Assembly: GCF_003918875.1 (NCBI RefSeq)
Contig: NW_025767279.1
Coordinates: 186,001-250,000, forward strand
Length of the DNA stretch: 64,000 bases
Direction: 5' to 3'
Source of the DNA: Haliotis rubra
Lineage: Eukaryota
Of the stretch, positions 1 through 12,684 are shown piece by piece. The notes under the pieces are model-generated. The model had not been told where the DNA came from, did no database searches, and saw nothing but the letters and a program-made list of their open reading frames with translations. Positions within the stretch are counted from its first letter, which is position 1, and every line of letters begins with the position of its first letter. The position numbers and the translations under genes were made by a program.

Positions 1-1868
1 GAGGAATTTCAAAAGTGTATGCCGGGATAAATCTCGAAGATTTAATAACATGATTGCTGATGAAATACGTGCAGCAGCCGCAGATGGTGATTGTAAGACG
101 TTTTGGTCTAAGTTAAAATCCCTTACAACTGGTTCGGGAGGGAACAACTGTATCCCCATTTGTAAATGGGTTACATATTTCAAGGAATTACTTAATCCTG
201 CAACCAATGTAAATGACGAAGGTTTTGATGAAACCGCTCGCGTATATATATTAAGTCATGACTGTTCAGACTGTGACAATGAAGACTTCTTATCAGACCC
301 AATTCAATAACTAACAATGAAATAGAACAGGCTATCAAATCCCTTAAGACCGGAAAATCACCGGGCACTGATGGAATACCACCTGAGTTTTTAAAAAAGG
401 CAAATTTCATTATTCCATACTTAGAATTGCTGTTTAACGCTGTATTAAACACCGGTGTATTTCCAGACAATTGGAACATCGGTATGATTATACCATTGTG
501 TAAGAAAGGTAATAAGCATGACCCGAATAATTATCATGGCATATCATTGTTGAATGTGATGGGTAAAATTTTCACTTCTATCCTTGACTCCAGAATTCGT
601 ATCAGGATGGAATTGCATGAGATTTTACATGAGTGTCAAGCAGGGTTTAGAGCTGACTATTCAACAGTCGATAACATATTTGTCCTTCAATCTCTATGCC
701 AAAAATATCAAAAACACAAACATCGATTTTATGCAGCTTTTATTGACTTTAGAAAAACCTTTGATTTTGTAAATAGAAATAAGCTTTTATATGTACTTCT
801 CACCAAAGGTGTCCATGGTAAAATGTTCAAGTTGCTGAAAGATATGTATGACAAGGTATCAGCTTGTGTTAAAGTCGGAAATAAGAGATCTGAAATCTTT
901 AACACATCATCTGGGGTAAAGCAAGGTTGCATGCTTAGCCCAGCTCTGTTTATACTTTTTTATCAACGAGCTTGTGGATGAAGAGGAATATTTGTCAAAG
1001 ATGGTTTAAATGATATTCTGTTACTGCTTTTTGCAAATGATGTTACCTTACTTGATGACACTGTTATTGGTTTACAATAACTTGATACATTGTATCGTTT
1101 TTGCTCAAAATGGGGTTAATGTATCAAATATTGGTGCAGAATATTACATATGGACAATAATCGACATCCCAAATCATGTTATGAAATGTTAAAGTTGCAA
1201 GACGATAGTGGCAGCTGCAACTGGGTTACGCATGTGGGTCTACTTTTATTCCGAACTGGATTTTCTTACGTTTGGATTACGCAGGAATGTGGGAATATAG
1301 AAACGTTTTTAAGTGAATTTAGACAAAGATGTCAAGATATTGAAATTCAAAATTGGCACTCTAGGATAACATCATCTTTTCTAAAAGACTATGGAACAAT
1401 CAAGTCCGCCCTCGAACCTGAAAAAATACATATTGGAACTTTGTCATAACAAGGACCTTATACGCATTTTATGCAAATTCCGCTGTTTAAGCCCTAAGTT
1501 AAATGTTCAACGTTAACAAATAATATAAATTCCAATGTATTGATATGTGACAAATGTGATTTTAATGTTACACAGGATGAATTTCATTTTTTACTTGTGT
1601 GTCCATTCTATTCTGTACAAAGAAAACTGTACTTACCTAGTTATTACCATACGTTTCCATCAAGATTAAAATTTAAACAACTTTTAACAACAACAAATGC
1701 ACATCTATTGAAGTCAATAGCATTTTTTCTAAAGCGTAACTTGCCTGTAAGAAAATGAACTAATTACATTGTTTTTTTGCTGTCCATCCGCACAATATTG
1801 TTCTTATATGTTTGTACTCTTGGCCATGTGGCCTCAAATACTGAATATACTTCTTCGTCTTCTTCTTC
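1..1868 (+). mobile_element. Degenerate non-LTR retrotransposon (LINE) ORF2: RT domain plus C-terminal Cys/His motif and 3' tail
   Basis: ORF pieces contain KSPG.DGIP, IIPL.KKG..DPNNY.GISLL, QAGFR, AFIDF.K.FD, GVKQGCMLSP.LF, a YADD decayed to FANDV, and CDKC...DEFHFLLVCP. Multiple stops and frameshifts; (CTT)n-like tail near 1850-1868. Confidence 0.9.
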
Positions 1869-1869
1869 T

Positions 1870-2684
1870 ACAGCATACTGACAAATTTACAATCAAGATT
1901 CAAGCCAGGAGATTCCACAACAAACCTTTTTGTATAATTCATAGCCAAAGCTCTTGACGAAGGAAAAGAAGTTAGAACAGTCTTCTGCGATATAAGTAAA
2001 GCCTTTGATAAGGTCTGGCATAGAGTAATTATTTGTAAACTGAAAACGTATGGTATCCAAGGCGAACTATTAAAATATTTTGACAGTTATTTAGAAAATA
2101 AAGTACAACGGGTCACAATTAACGGCTATAAATCTGACAAGAAAACTGTACTAGCTGGAGTACCTCAGGGCTCTGTCCTTGGACCGCTTCTTTTTCTGAT
2201 ATACATTAATCCTATTGTATGTGATATTGACAGTGAGAGGCAGGTTACATTTCACCCAAATAAAACCGAAACTACTCAGTTCTCACGTAAATGGAAACCG
2301 TCTCTACAACCGAACCTATTCATGGACGGAACAATCATAAAATATGCCAAAAGTCATAAACATCTAGGATTAACACTCCAACGCGACTGTACATGGAATG
2401 ATCACACTAACGATATTGTACGTAAAGTTCGCCCTGTTATCAGCTTTCTGAGGAGTTCTAAAACGTTGGATATTATGTATAAGTCCTATATCGTGCCAAT
2501 ATTTGACTATTGTTCTCATATTTGGGATAACTGTAAGTCTGAGCAATCGCGTACATTAGCAAACGTGCATCTTAATGCTCTGAGAACTATATGTGGTGCC
2601 GTAATCGTGGCACGAGTCATAACAAACTTTATAATGAAACCAAAATTCAGTCCTTGCACGATAAAAGGTACTGCTAAGAGTTAA
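1870..2684 (+). mobile_element. CR1/L2-group LINE RT fragment
   Basis: Translates to ALDEGKEVRTVFCDISKAFDKVWH, AGVPQGSVLGPLLFLIYIN and HKHLGLTL...W..H; broken by deletions. Confidence 0.85.
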
Positions 2685-3284
2685 AAATTTCTTGAGCGTT
2701 GCTAGTGTTGAAATATCACTTTAGCTATCCTTCGTGTCCTGGGTGAAGATAATTAACATCAACAATAAACCGTTCCTTCTCATGGCTGAAAACAAGACAT
2801 CTATATAAGCTGTATTAGAAATGAATCGTTGTCTTTTAAAACGCTTCATTACTACCTTGAAACATATCTTCCAAGTTGAAAGATATGTTGCTACAATGAA
2901 CAACCAACCAAATGAACCCATGAGCTAACAGATGCTATTGCTTACAGCATCAATTGTTGTATCATTAACTATAAAAAATGTTCAATCCTGTATGATCTTT
3001 GTGTATTATGAATGTACCCACTCTTGTGAATAAATAAAATGGGGAAAAAAACAAAGAAACCCCCCCCAAAAAAAACATACCATTGAAAGTGCATACTTAA
3101 AACTCAATCTATTGTTTCATGCACCAGTAAATTACTTAATGCCTATTGTATAGGCAGACTCTGTAATAACACAATTACCATTGACCACTAAAAACTAATT
3201 TAACATCCGGACTCGAGCTGTAAAAACAAAGTGAAATAAACTAAGTAATAATAAAGTAAAAGTAATTAACCTGATTATCGTGTC

Positions 3285-3552
3285 ACGGTCACGTGACTAA
3301 ACCTCTAAAAACTCATTTCGGTTTGTCCAAACACCTGATCTATGTCAACCAACCATTCGAGATCAAAAGACCTGTTATGTGTTTTGGCCAATCGCAAATG
3401 AATTCCAGTATTGATTAGTGATGTTTCGAGTTTTGTGAGACTATAAAAAGAGGTCAGTGAGCAACACACTTGACCTCACAATAAATATTGTATAAACATC
3501 TCCTTGACTCACCATTGCATTACGGAATTCTACATTCTATTTTAAGGTAAGT
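3285..3552 (+). promoter_or_regulatory. Candidate Pol II promoter and non-coding first exon (copy 1 unit)
   Basis: E-box GTCACGTG near 3288, CCAAT 3388-3392, TATAAAAA 3442-3449, donor AG|GTAAGT at 3547. Same motifs and spacing recur at 18510-18757. Confidence 0.5.
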
Positions 3553-3628
3553 TCTTTCGTACAACTCTATTAATTATGCCGATAATGTCATGACTTAAAT
3601 GTATTACGTATGAATAGAAAGTGGCAAT

Positions 3629-3631
<3 letters not shown>

Positions 3632-3660
<29 letters not shown>
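3632..3660. repeat. (TA)n microsatellite
   Basis: Direct reading. Confidence 0.95.
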
Positions 3661-3663
<3 letters not shown>

Positions 3664-3726
3664 TATTTTTGCATGAACTTTTCCATGCATAATATCTCAG
3701 CCGTTATTGAATATGTAAGTGAATTA

Positions 3727-3943
3727 GAGTGAGTGAGTGAGTTCAGCTATATGGCGGCGGTCTGAATATAATCGAATCTGGACCGGACAATCCAGTGATC
3801 AACAGCATGAGCATCGATCTGCGCAATTGGGAACCGATTACATGTATCGACAAAGCCAGCGAGCCTGACCACCCAATCCCATTAATCGCCCTAAAGACAA
3901 GCATGGGTTACTGAAGGTCATTCTAAACCGGACCTTCACGGGT
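3727..3943 (-). mobile_element. Head-less Meta-domain-type SINE (family B)
   Basis: Reverse complement starts ACCCGTGAAGGTCC...AGTAACCCATGCTTGTC and ends in (CTCA)n; about 7 copies in the window. Confidence 0.85.
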
Positions 3944-4844
3944 TAAGTGAAATAGTTGTGCTGTCATGGTTAGTTTGTGACTATACAACACTCATGTATG
4001 GACACATTAAATGTACTTTACATCATTAATATGCATGTAGTAAACTAATGTATATAATTGGTTCAACAGCAAATATCGATTTATCTATTTATATTACGAC
4101 AGGTGAGGTATAATTGCGATAGGTGTTAACAGGATTTGTATGAAAGGTTCCCGAATGATTATTATTTGATGTTAGGTTGAAAGAAGAAATATTATAATTG
4201 CTATGCTTACAACCTCTACCGGTTAGGATGCTAACTCCCTTTGTACAAAAGCATATTGTTTGAAGATCCTTTATGAATGTGTATGTATGTATAACACACC
4301 TGACTTTACAATAAATATCCTTGAATGATACTTGACTTACGGCATTCTCCCTTCTATTTTAAATATTATACCATGTTATCCCATAACAGGACGGGTAACA
4401 AAATGTATATAACAAATGTTATATTTTCGAATGCACTTTCTCCATGAAGTACAGATTCTAGGTTAGGTTGAGTCTCATCCGCGATTCGAACCGTCACGCT
4501 GAGAATAGGGAGAAACAGCACACAAAGTCAGCGATCTGACCTACTCAGCTCCATGGGGTAAACAGTCTACCGTGCTTATTTCACAGGATTATGCGAACAA
4601 TGGTGATATTTGAATAAATGAGCGAAAAATGCATTCGAACGAGTACTGTTTTTGCCTTGCTACATAAGTTACATTTTTTTCCACTTGTAGTATTTATTAT
4701 TATTATTACAAATGGGTAATTGTACAAAGTACATGTGTTTCTTTTTTCAGCAACGGTTCATAACATGACACATTTGGCTTGGTAGTTCTCGAAATGTCCT
4801 AGATTTGATAATTTGTTCTAGTTTTATCAGTACAGCCATTAAGA

Positions 4845-5240
4845 GTTGGCTGGTTGGGATTATGTAACGCCGCACTCAGCCGTTGAGATTGACATCCAAT
4901 GAACGAGGGAAAAACTAAGCGCCTTTGAGCAGCTGAGATGAGCTGGATATCGGCGCTATATGTTAGTATGTATGTATGTATGTATGTATTCCAGCTATAT
5001 GGCGGTGGTCTGTAAATAATCGAGTCTGGACCAGCCAATCCAGTGATCAACATCATGAGTATAAATCTACGCATTTGGGATACGATGACATGTGTCAACC
5101 AAGTCAGCGAACCTGACCACCCGATCCCGTCAGTCGACTTTGTCAGAAGTCGAAGCTAGGTTTCAATTGACTTCTTATTGCAAAATTGCAATGTAATATT
5201 CATCGGTTGCCGGAGACCAATTCTAATCCGGATCCACGGT
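4845..5240 (-). mobile_element. Family B SINE with a nested 3' fragment of another SINE (about 4881-4988)
   Basis: Homologous to 32799-33043; flanked by TACAGCCATTA duplication. The nested piece matches the reverse complement of 18940-18975 and ends in (GTAT)n. Confidence 0.75.
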
Positions 5241-6144
5241 TACAGCCATTAGGAGAAACAGACAGTGCTTAAAGGCTTATTCATCACAAGCACAAAGAGT
5301 ACTGACCACGATTCGGCCTGACTAGTCTATTAAGCTCATATACACCGAAATGTTTCTCACTTCAGCACGTAGGGGTAGTGATTGCATAGTAGTCAAAAAC
5401 AGCTAAAACCAATATTGTTCATAAACAAAATATATATTTTACTATTAATATAATTTGACAAACGAAGTGTTTGCAGTCGTGGTGATGTAAAACGTTTCCG
5501 TATAATTATTATCGCTCTTATTGATATTTTCAATATACACTGAAGGTGTGGCTGTATTTATGTGTAGATATTTTTTTATTCATTAAGATCACGAATTTGT
5601 CGTATTACACGCACCATTATATTTGGTATAAATGTTCTAGATGGGACTCATTATACTTCTTGGTGGTACGTAAATATGTACCCAACCTACTGTTTTATTA
5701 ATTTAGAAAACTTGTACTCATCCGTCTCCTCAGTTCCATTACTAGTATGGATCCCTTGGGCCAGATAGGTAGACTTACCTGGTCAATCAATATTCTCTTA
5801 ATCATCCACGTGATCTATCCACTCCAAGCAGCAGAATGCTGACCTCGTCGTCGTATACATCTGCAACACTGCATGTTTACAACAGTGCATGCTTTCACCA
5901 AGTCATCAGCTCTGAATTCATGCTGCTGTTTAAACCGTCAACACACACCTTCTAATTAAATATCACAATCCCATTTCTTATGAAACTTTAACTAACGGTA
6001 TCTCGTATTTGTTGAGTCGACAATCGATCACATCAAGTCATTAAACCGCTTCGAAAATGTTATTTATTATTTTATTTTGTCAGGTTTAGAAGTACCAGCC
6101 TGTGACCTGTATCCACCCAGCTAGATAGCACCACAGGGATGTCA

Positions 6145-6334
6145 CATATGTTATATTTGGGATTACACTTTCTTTGTAAAGTACAGATTCTAGTACTTCC
6201 AGGATTCGAACCCACACCCTCAGAGTCAGGCAACAACCCAAAAAGTACTAGAATCTGTACTTCACAGAGAAAGTGTAATCCCAAATATAACATATGTTAC
6301 ATTTGACCACTTTCTAAAATGGCATTGTGTATTT
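6145..6334. mobile_element. Foldback (palindromic) element with tRNA B-box-like core
   Basis: About 60-bp inverted arms (6139-6199 vs 6242-6303) around GGATTCGAACCC; flanked by CACAGG(G/A)ATGTC duplication; absent at the paralogous site near 32020. Confidence 0.75.
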
Positions 6335-6637
6335 CACAGGAATGTCCTAGAATGCAAAGTCTCTGATGGACGGCCGCCAAACGTTCCAGGTTTTTGTAAA
6401 AGGTAACCTCGCTTGAAGAGGCGGCATAAACAACAACAACGGATAGAATTCAATTCGAAATTAGTTTCTCGGACTCCACTGATTGGTTTGAAGTCTAGAT
6501 GAAAATCGGATGATCAAGACACGGTCATAACTTCCGATGTCTTCGTAGAAGAACGTTCAGAACGAAGAACGTGATACAGAGTGACTGACAGTGCTAACTC
6601 AACTTTCCTGATATTCGTGTGAAATTTAGGATTAGAC

Positions 6638-7359
6638 ATGTGGCTGGGGGATTGTTTTGTGAGATGTTGTGGATCCCTGAATGGCATCCCAGCTCGGGTC
6701 TTTTGCATTTTGCTTCTACTCACCCAAGGAGGGATTCTGGTTACTTTCTGGCCAAACATCAGACCCAAGCCAGCTGGGCATGGATAGCGTTCGACCTTGT
6801 CAACGTCGGTATCTTCATTGCCTCCTTCATCATATCACGACGACACCTTGTACTACAAAAGGCGGTGATGAGAAAACTAAAGCATTCACACTGGGTTGGT
6901 TGGCATGGCTTGTGTACTCGGTAAGTATAGTAGCAAGGATGACCATAGCTTTCAACAAATTCTCGTTTAACTTGAGCGAAGACACATTCTTTGGCCCCAA
7001 TACGTTAAAGACGTCCCTAGCCTTGGCGTCGTGTGTATTCGTCTTGCTGTTGACGTCTCACCATGACGCTCCTCCTGCTAGCGAACGCAGGCGATACATT
7101 GAAGAACTAACTGGAACCGTTGTCTTCGACGTCTTGGACACCGTGGATGTCTTAGAGGTGATGTTCGACAAAACATCAAGGGACATGTTCATCCCGGGAC
7201 TTCAGCAAACTGTTTTAGCGGTGGCAGGTCTCAATATAATATGACGAACACGCCGAGGCGATTGAAACGGGAAACAATGGTTTACATGACACTGCCAATG
7301 CTGCTGCTGTAAATAGACAAAGTGGCAGAACCGAATTCTCAATGCAAGAACGTATTTAA
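6638..7359 (+). pseudogene. TMEM121/CECR6-family membrane protein pseudogene (copy 1)
   Basis: ATG 6638 (MWLGDCFVRCC...); 1-nt deletion near 6862; about 240-bp deletion after GLN at 7236 removes the last TM helices; C-terminal FSMQERI* ends 7359. The upstream acceptor seen in the other copies is also deleted. Confidence 0.88.
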
Positions 7360-7499
7360 ATATAACATGGCATAACACATTACTATTTCAAATCGCCGTG
7401 AAGAATCCGATTCACTATCAGTGCCGTAATGCAGTCCTGTTGCTTTGCCTTTATTTTTAAGGATTATTGAACATTGAAGTAAGTGGTGAGTTGAGTGTG

Positions 7500-8045
7500 A
7501 ATATACTCTCAGAAGATGTTTGCTAGTGTTATTTTAAACAAAGCTTACAAGTTTCAGTATAGTTTGGCGGGCGGTGGGGTAGCCTAGTGGTTAAAGCGTT
7601 GGCTCGTCACGCCGAAGACCCGGGTTCGATTCCCCACGTGGGCACAATGTGTTAAGCCCATTTCTGGTGTCCCCCCGCCGTGATATTGCTGGAATATTGC
7701 TCAAAGCAGCGTAAAACTAAACTCAGTCAGTCAGTCAGTCAGTATAGTTTGGCAGAAGCTGGAAGGAAAATTTGGGCATTAAATGTTAAAAATTTGTTGT
7801 TTAGTTATGTATGGGTGACTCAAGATGTAGGCTGTATTAACAGTTTTATTTCAAGTTTTAAGGAAAGGTGTGTTGCCATTGATAACCAGTGTTTCTTTGA
7901 AAGTATATCAAGTTATTCCAAACTTCGGTTATATAAATCTCTTAAAAGTGAAATTAAATCTTAGGATTATTTATTGCTAATCACTGTGCCAGTTTACCGT
8001 ATTGCACTATGTAAGCTCCTATGCTCTATTCATCAACTGCTAACA
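7500..8045 (+). mobile_element. LINE ORF2 C-terminal fragment interrupted by a SINE
   Basis: W..NVKNLLF.YVW.TQDVG...F...FKERC...YSKLRLYK, homologous to the 1150-1449 region. Confidence 0.7.
7569..7740 (+). mobile_element. tRNA-derived SINE (family A)
   Basis: A-box TAGCCTAGTGG, B-box GGTTCGATTCC, body, (CAGT)n tail; 13-bp TSD AGTATAGTTTGGC; inserted in a LINE fragment. Confidence 0.92.
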
Positions 8046-10604
8046 CTGGAAACAGTGTTATATCTGAATAAAATGCATATTATAGTTCAGCAGAGAACAT
8101 GTTTTTGTTGTTTGCCCACAGATCAATCGGAGGTGTCTATCATTTGAATTAGAATTGTTGGTATCTCCGATTGTAGAATAGAGACTCTGATGCAATCTCT
8201 ACTAGTAGGATACTACGAGTAGAGACTCCGATCTCAATCTCTACTGGTAGAGACTCGATCGCTATTTCTACCCTGACATATATCTACTTGGAGGATTATA
8301 TTATCACAGACATACAGTCTTTTGTGCGAGCTGACTTTTACTTACTCTGGCTATCGAGTTCTGTTTTCTTGGCACTTTATTGTCTCATGAAGCTTGTACT
8401 GTGAAATGAAGAAAAACTTGGCAAAGTCTTTGAGAGAAAACTAACGATATATCGATTAACCGTGTGATATCCAAAAGTGCATATACACACATGTGTTTAG
8501 GAGGGCTGGATTCTGTAATTTAGCCCGTGCGTATTGAGACAAGGGGAATACAGTCCCCGAGTATGAAGGTATGACATACTTGGAACAAGTAAAACGTCCC
8601 GCGTATTGAGAAAGGGGAATACTCCGAGTGGCACAAGACGCTCGCAGTCACATTCCGGGTCAAGCCGAACGTAGGTTACGGAACGGGTCGAGTAGTGACG
8701 AATGTCACAGTCAGTCAAGTATTTGTGATTTAATCTCTGACTTAGAGGCTAAGTTTAGCATCGGGTTACTCGACTTGGACTCAGTACGAGGCTATGTTGG
8801 TGAATGACATTGGTCCAGGGTATTTAGTGCAATAGTATGCAGACACAACTGACCATGTGAAAATTTATGGTAATTATATATTTGTTTTCAGACGTAGATT
8901 TACAATGGCTTCGATTATTAAGCATATCCAGTGATAAATCTTATTTCCGTATCTGCTTCACAACTATCTGATGCAATAACTGCATATGTATCAGGGGGTA
9001 CTTTTATGACAATGAGAAATAAAGTATAATTCATAAACCGTAAATGCTACATGTATTATTTGTTCCATTTATAAGCATGACCACCATGTGAGCTTGTTGC
9101 CACATGCAACAACCTATTTGAATATGTTATGACTAACATACCTGACACCAGTGACTGTCACAAGTACAATATTTGATTAATTTCTATTTTCGAATAGGCC
9201 ATCATACATGGCATGTTATTTTAAAAAGAAAATGAAAACGTTATGAAAATGTCACGCCTTGAGAGAAACAATGGTGTCAGCCTATTGTTAAGTTGACGTA
9301 ATGTTACAACTCTGTGACGTCATAAGATTGGGTGACGTCATGTTTTATTGGCCTCAACAATGACACAATGTGACGTTGCGTTGCTTCCATAGACCAATCA
9401 GCATTGGGGGTCAGTTATATGGGCAAATATCGGAATGGCATTATACCTCATCTTTGTCCTGTCCTGTCCAATCCAATGTACTATAAGATCCTACCTGGTA
9501 CCACTCCACAGATTGGATGTAAGAGATGTAGTTTGCCACATCTTTCCACAGATTTTATCATCTATCTCCATAGATATATTTTTATATCAGCTAACTGTGC
9601 CACATACGATTTTTCCTTGAGAAAATATCCTGTAACATAAAATAATATTTCCTTTTGCGTATCTGTCCGGTGTTTACATTGGTTGTACGGATCCAAGTGC
9701 AGACACTGAAACCCTGAGCGGAGGATTTTGTAAATATATGTAGTTACGTTTCTACCTATTACAATCGCAGTAGCATAACTATAAAATTATGCAAAGCACT
9801 GTGAAAGGTTTTACCAGTGTTCCCTAAATTAGAAATAATAGATACCGTTTGATTAGAAACATGAGAAACGTTGAAAATTTGGATTATGTGACATGCAAAG
9901 TAGTTTGTGGCAGTGATCACTGCCTTCTTGCAGTGCATAATGTTGTCACTGGTCATCAGGTTGTATCCCGTTAGTCATACGCCCATTTCTCATACGGCCC
10001 CTTGTCATACGGAACCGAACGGATTAATTAAAGACAGACAGACAGATTGTTTATTTCGAAGTCTCAACTCATACTTTGTACATTTAAAAACATCGTAAAA
10101 AAAAAAAAAAGAACAACAAGGGTCATGCTCCCTACGATACAATAGACTCGTCAGCTTTTTTCTTGTGTGAGATACAAGGTGATAGTCAAACATAATTCAG
10201 TACGTCTACTCTGCATACCGATTGTTTTGAATATGTTCTTAGAACGTACTCTTAAACTTTGAGTCTACTCATGTTGTAGATTGTTTAAGAATAACTATAT
10301 ACATTGACCTGAGATGGAAGAATCGTCACTCATTCGTCATTATGGCAGGTTTACTTAAAGTAGAGTATGTGACATCAAGGCGAGACACACGACAAGTTTT
10401 GTTTCAAGGTCATCTACACAACAAGAACTCAACAAAGGAACACTGTATTCATTGGCTGTGCGTCGTGTAGGGCTGCTTAGGCAGAATGACAATCACTGGC
10501 AACTGCACACAACCACGGACCTCAGGATCAAGGTGCAGTGAAGTTCATCAGTAACATCAGGAGAGGAGAGTACTCCAGTGCCGGTATTCTCGGGACGTTA
10601 TTAA

Positions 10605-10850
10605 AAACACTTTTAGCATTGACATTGTACTCTCAGATTTCACAATCCTGTTGGTACTTAACACTGGCTATGATTTTATTAACAACATTATTCTCGCTGG
10701 GAAACGATTCATATATGTCTCAAGTATAAACAACAGACGGCTGCAAATGTCAGGATTTCTGAAAATAATACATAATATTGTATTTGTCGAAAAATACATA
10801 GCTAACAAAAACAACAGGATTAACAAACTTCACAAAAAAATGGCCTAATA
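10605..10850 (+). mobile_element. LINE (L1/Tx1-like) C-terminal fragment
   Basis: FINNIILAGKRFIY...F...I..IVFVEKYIA.KNN motif; a similar remnant lies at 2760-3050. Confidence 0.6.
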
Positions 10851-10857
10851 GCTTTAT

Positions 10858-11680
10858 TTCGAACTTTGAAAATCTGCAAGTCTCTGGGCCAATAAATAAT
10901 CAGCTCCAACATGCCTACGACCCATGAGTTTGCTGCTGGAGGTTTGCACGCTGTCTTTCTATACCCATCCTTTCAAACTTTGAAATTAGTAACTCTTTGT
11001 TGTCAATGATAACCAGGTTTTNNNNNNNNNNNNNNNNNNNNNNNNNNNNNNNNNNNNNNNNNNNNNNNNNNNNNNNNNNNNNNNNNNNNNNNNNNNNNNN
11101 NNNNNNNNNNNNNNNNNNNNNNNNNNNNNNNNNNNNNNNNNNNNNNNNNNNNNNNNNNTATTAATTACTCAACATGCAGGTAACCCATGAGCTTGTCTCT
11201 GGAGTCATGTACTCCCCGACTTTTGTACCTATACTTTCACACTCTGAACATTTGTAACTTGTTGTTGCCAATGTATAACCAGCTCCAAGTGCCTTACCCA
11301 TGGAGTTTGCAACTGGAGTAGTGTACTCCCTGATTTTGTAAACCTATATTATCACACTTTGAAAATTTGAACTCTTTGTTGCTGATGTATAACCAGCTCT
11401 TACATGCCTGTAACCCAGAGAGTCTGTTGCTGGAGTGGGACACTCCCTGACTTTGTGTACCTATGTTTTCACACTTCGAAATTAGTAAATCTTTGTTGCT
11501 GATGTATAACTAGCTCGAGCATGCCTGTAACCCATGAAGTTTGCTGCTGGAGTCGTGCACTCTCTGAGTTGTATACTAGTAACTATATTTTCTTACTTTG
11601 AAAATTTGTAACTCTTTGTTGCCAATATGTAACCAGCCCTAACATGGAGTTGTGTACTCCCTGTCTTTGTATACCTATCT
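10858..11680. repeat. About 120-bp tandem repeat array spanning an assembly gap
   Basis: Recurring unit CACTTTGAAAATTTGTAACTCTTTGTTGC...ACATGCCTGTAACCCATGAG...CTGGAGT; at least 6 units. Confidence 0.85.
11022..11158. other. Assembly gap
   Basis: Run of N. Confidence 1.
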
Positions 11681-11754
11681 GAAATGAAGAAAAATAGAAA
11701 AAACATCAGGAGAGGAGAGTACTCCAGTACCGGTATTCTCGGGACGTTAAAAAG

Positions 11755-12605
11755 TCCAGAAAAAAGAACGCATCTGAAATTTTGTAAGTATATACTTAAG
11801 GTAAGACAATCTACTCCAAATTTTATGGTTTTATGGGGAACTCGGTAGATATCCTATTGAAATAATGATTAAAACAAGAATAATAAGTCACTGGTGTAAA
11901 GTCATTACATCAATACATACGTTACCTCATATAGTGTATAATGTAATTGGGTATTCAATTTGATCTTTTAAATGTAGTGAAAAGTATACTCCAAAATGTT
12001 GGGTTATCTTATATTTGGCAGTCCCAAAGTTTTCCTTCCTCATCCTGGCTGAAAAACTATGTTAGATACACGCTTATAGATCAGTTTAAGAAATCATGGA
12101 ATGATGACCATCAAATTTCATCCAAAGGTAAATATTACTCCTTTATATAAGCATACTCCCAACTTAGAACCTTATTTAATCAGCCTCCCCGTTGAAACAA
12201 TGTGTTCGGTTAACAAAACTGCGAACATGCAATCACAGATTACCGATTGAAACCGGCAGATGGTATAATGTAGACACAGAAAATAGAATATGTACAATTT
12301 GTAACCACCATGTTATATGTGACGAATTTCATATTATCTTATCATGCAGAGCTCTAGATGATGTAAGAAAAAGTATACTCCCTAGCTATTTTTGTAATAA
12401 CCCCCATATTGATAAATTTGTTTCCCTGAATCTGACTATCAACCTTTGGTACAGAAACTGTCAAGTTTAACGAAAATTGTATTATCCCTGTTTTAGTTAT
12501 ACATTTATATTATATTCATATGCATATAAGCCATAATGGCACTTTGTATTTATCAAAATATATGTATGTTCTCTATATCGTTTTGTATGATTTATGAGAA
12601 TAAAA
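11755..12605 (+). mobile_element. LINE ORF2 3' fragment
   Basis: HLKFCKYILKV..ST, GELGRYP, LRTCNHRLPIETGRW, CTIC...DEFHI.L.C; AATAAA near 12600. Confidence 0.85.
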
Positions 12606-12684
12606 ATATCCACGTCCTGCAAATGCAAAATTTCTGGTTGTCCAAGTCCTGACAATGAAGCTCCAGTACCAACAGGACGAAATA

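Noticed and set aside
5885-5915. Minimal hammerhead ribozyme on the minus strand (CTGATGA-N6-GAAA)
   Set aside because: Stem II cannot pair, no UH cleavage site follows stem III, and the core is mutated in the three paralogs.
7569-7645. tRNA-Asp-like gene (also 29809 and 61416)
   Set aside because: No proper acceptor stem; it continues into a SINE body with tail and TSDs.
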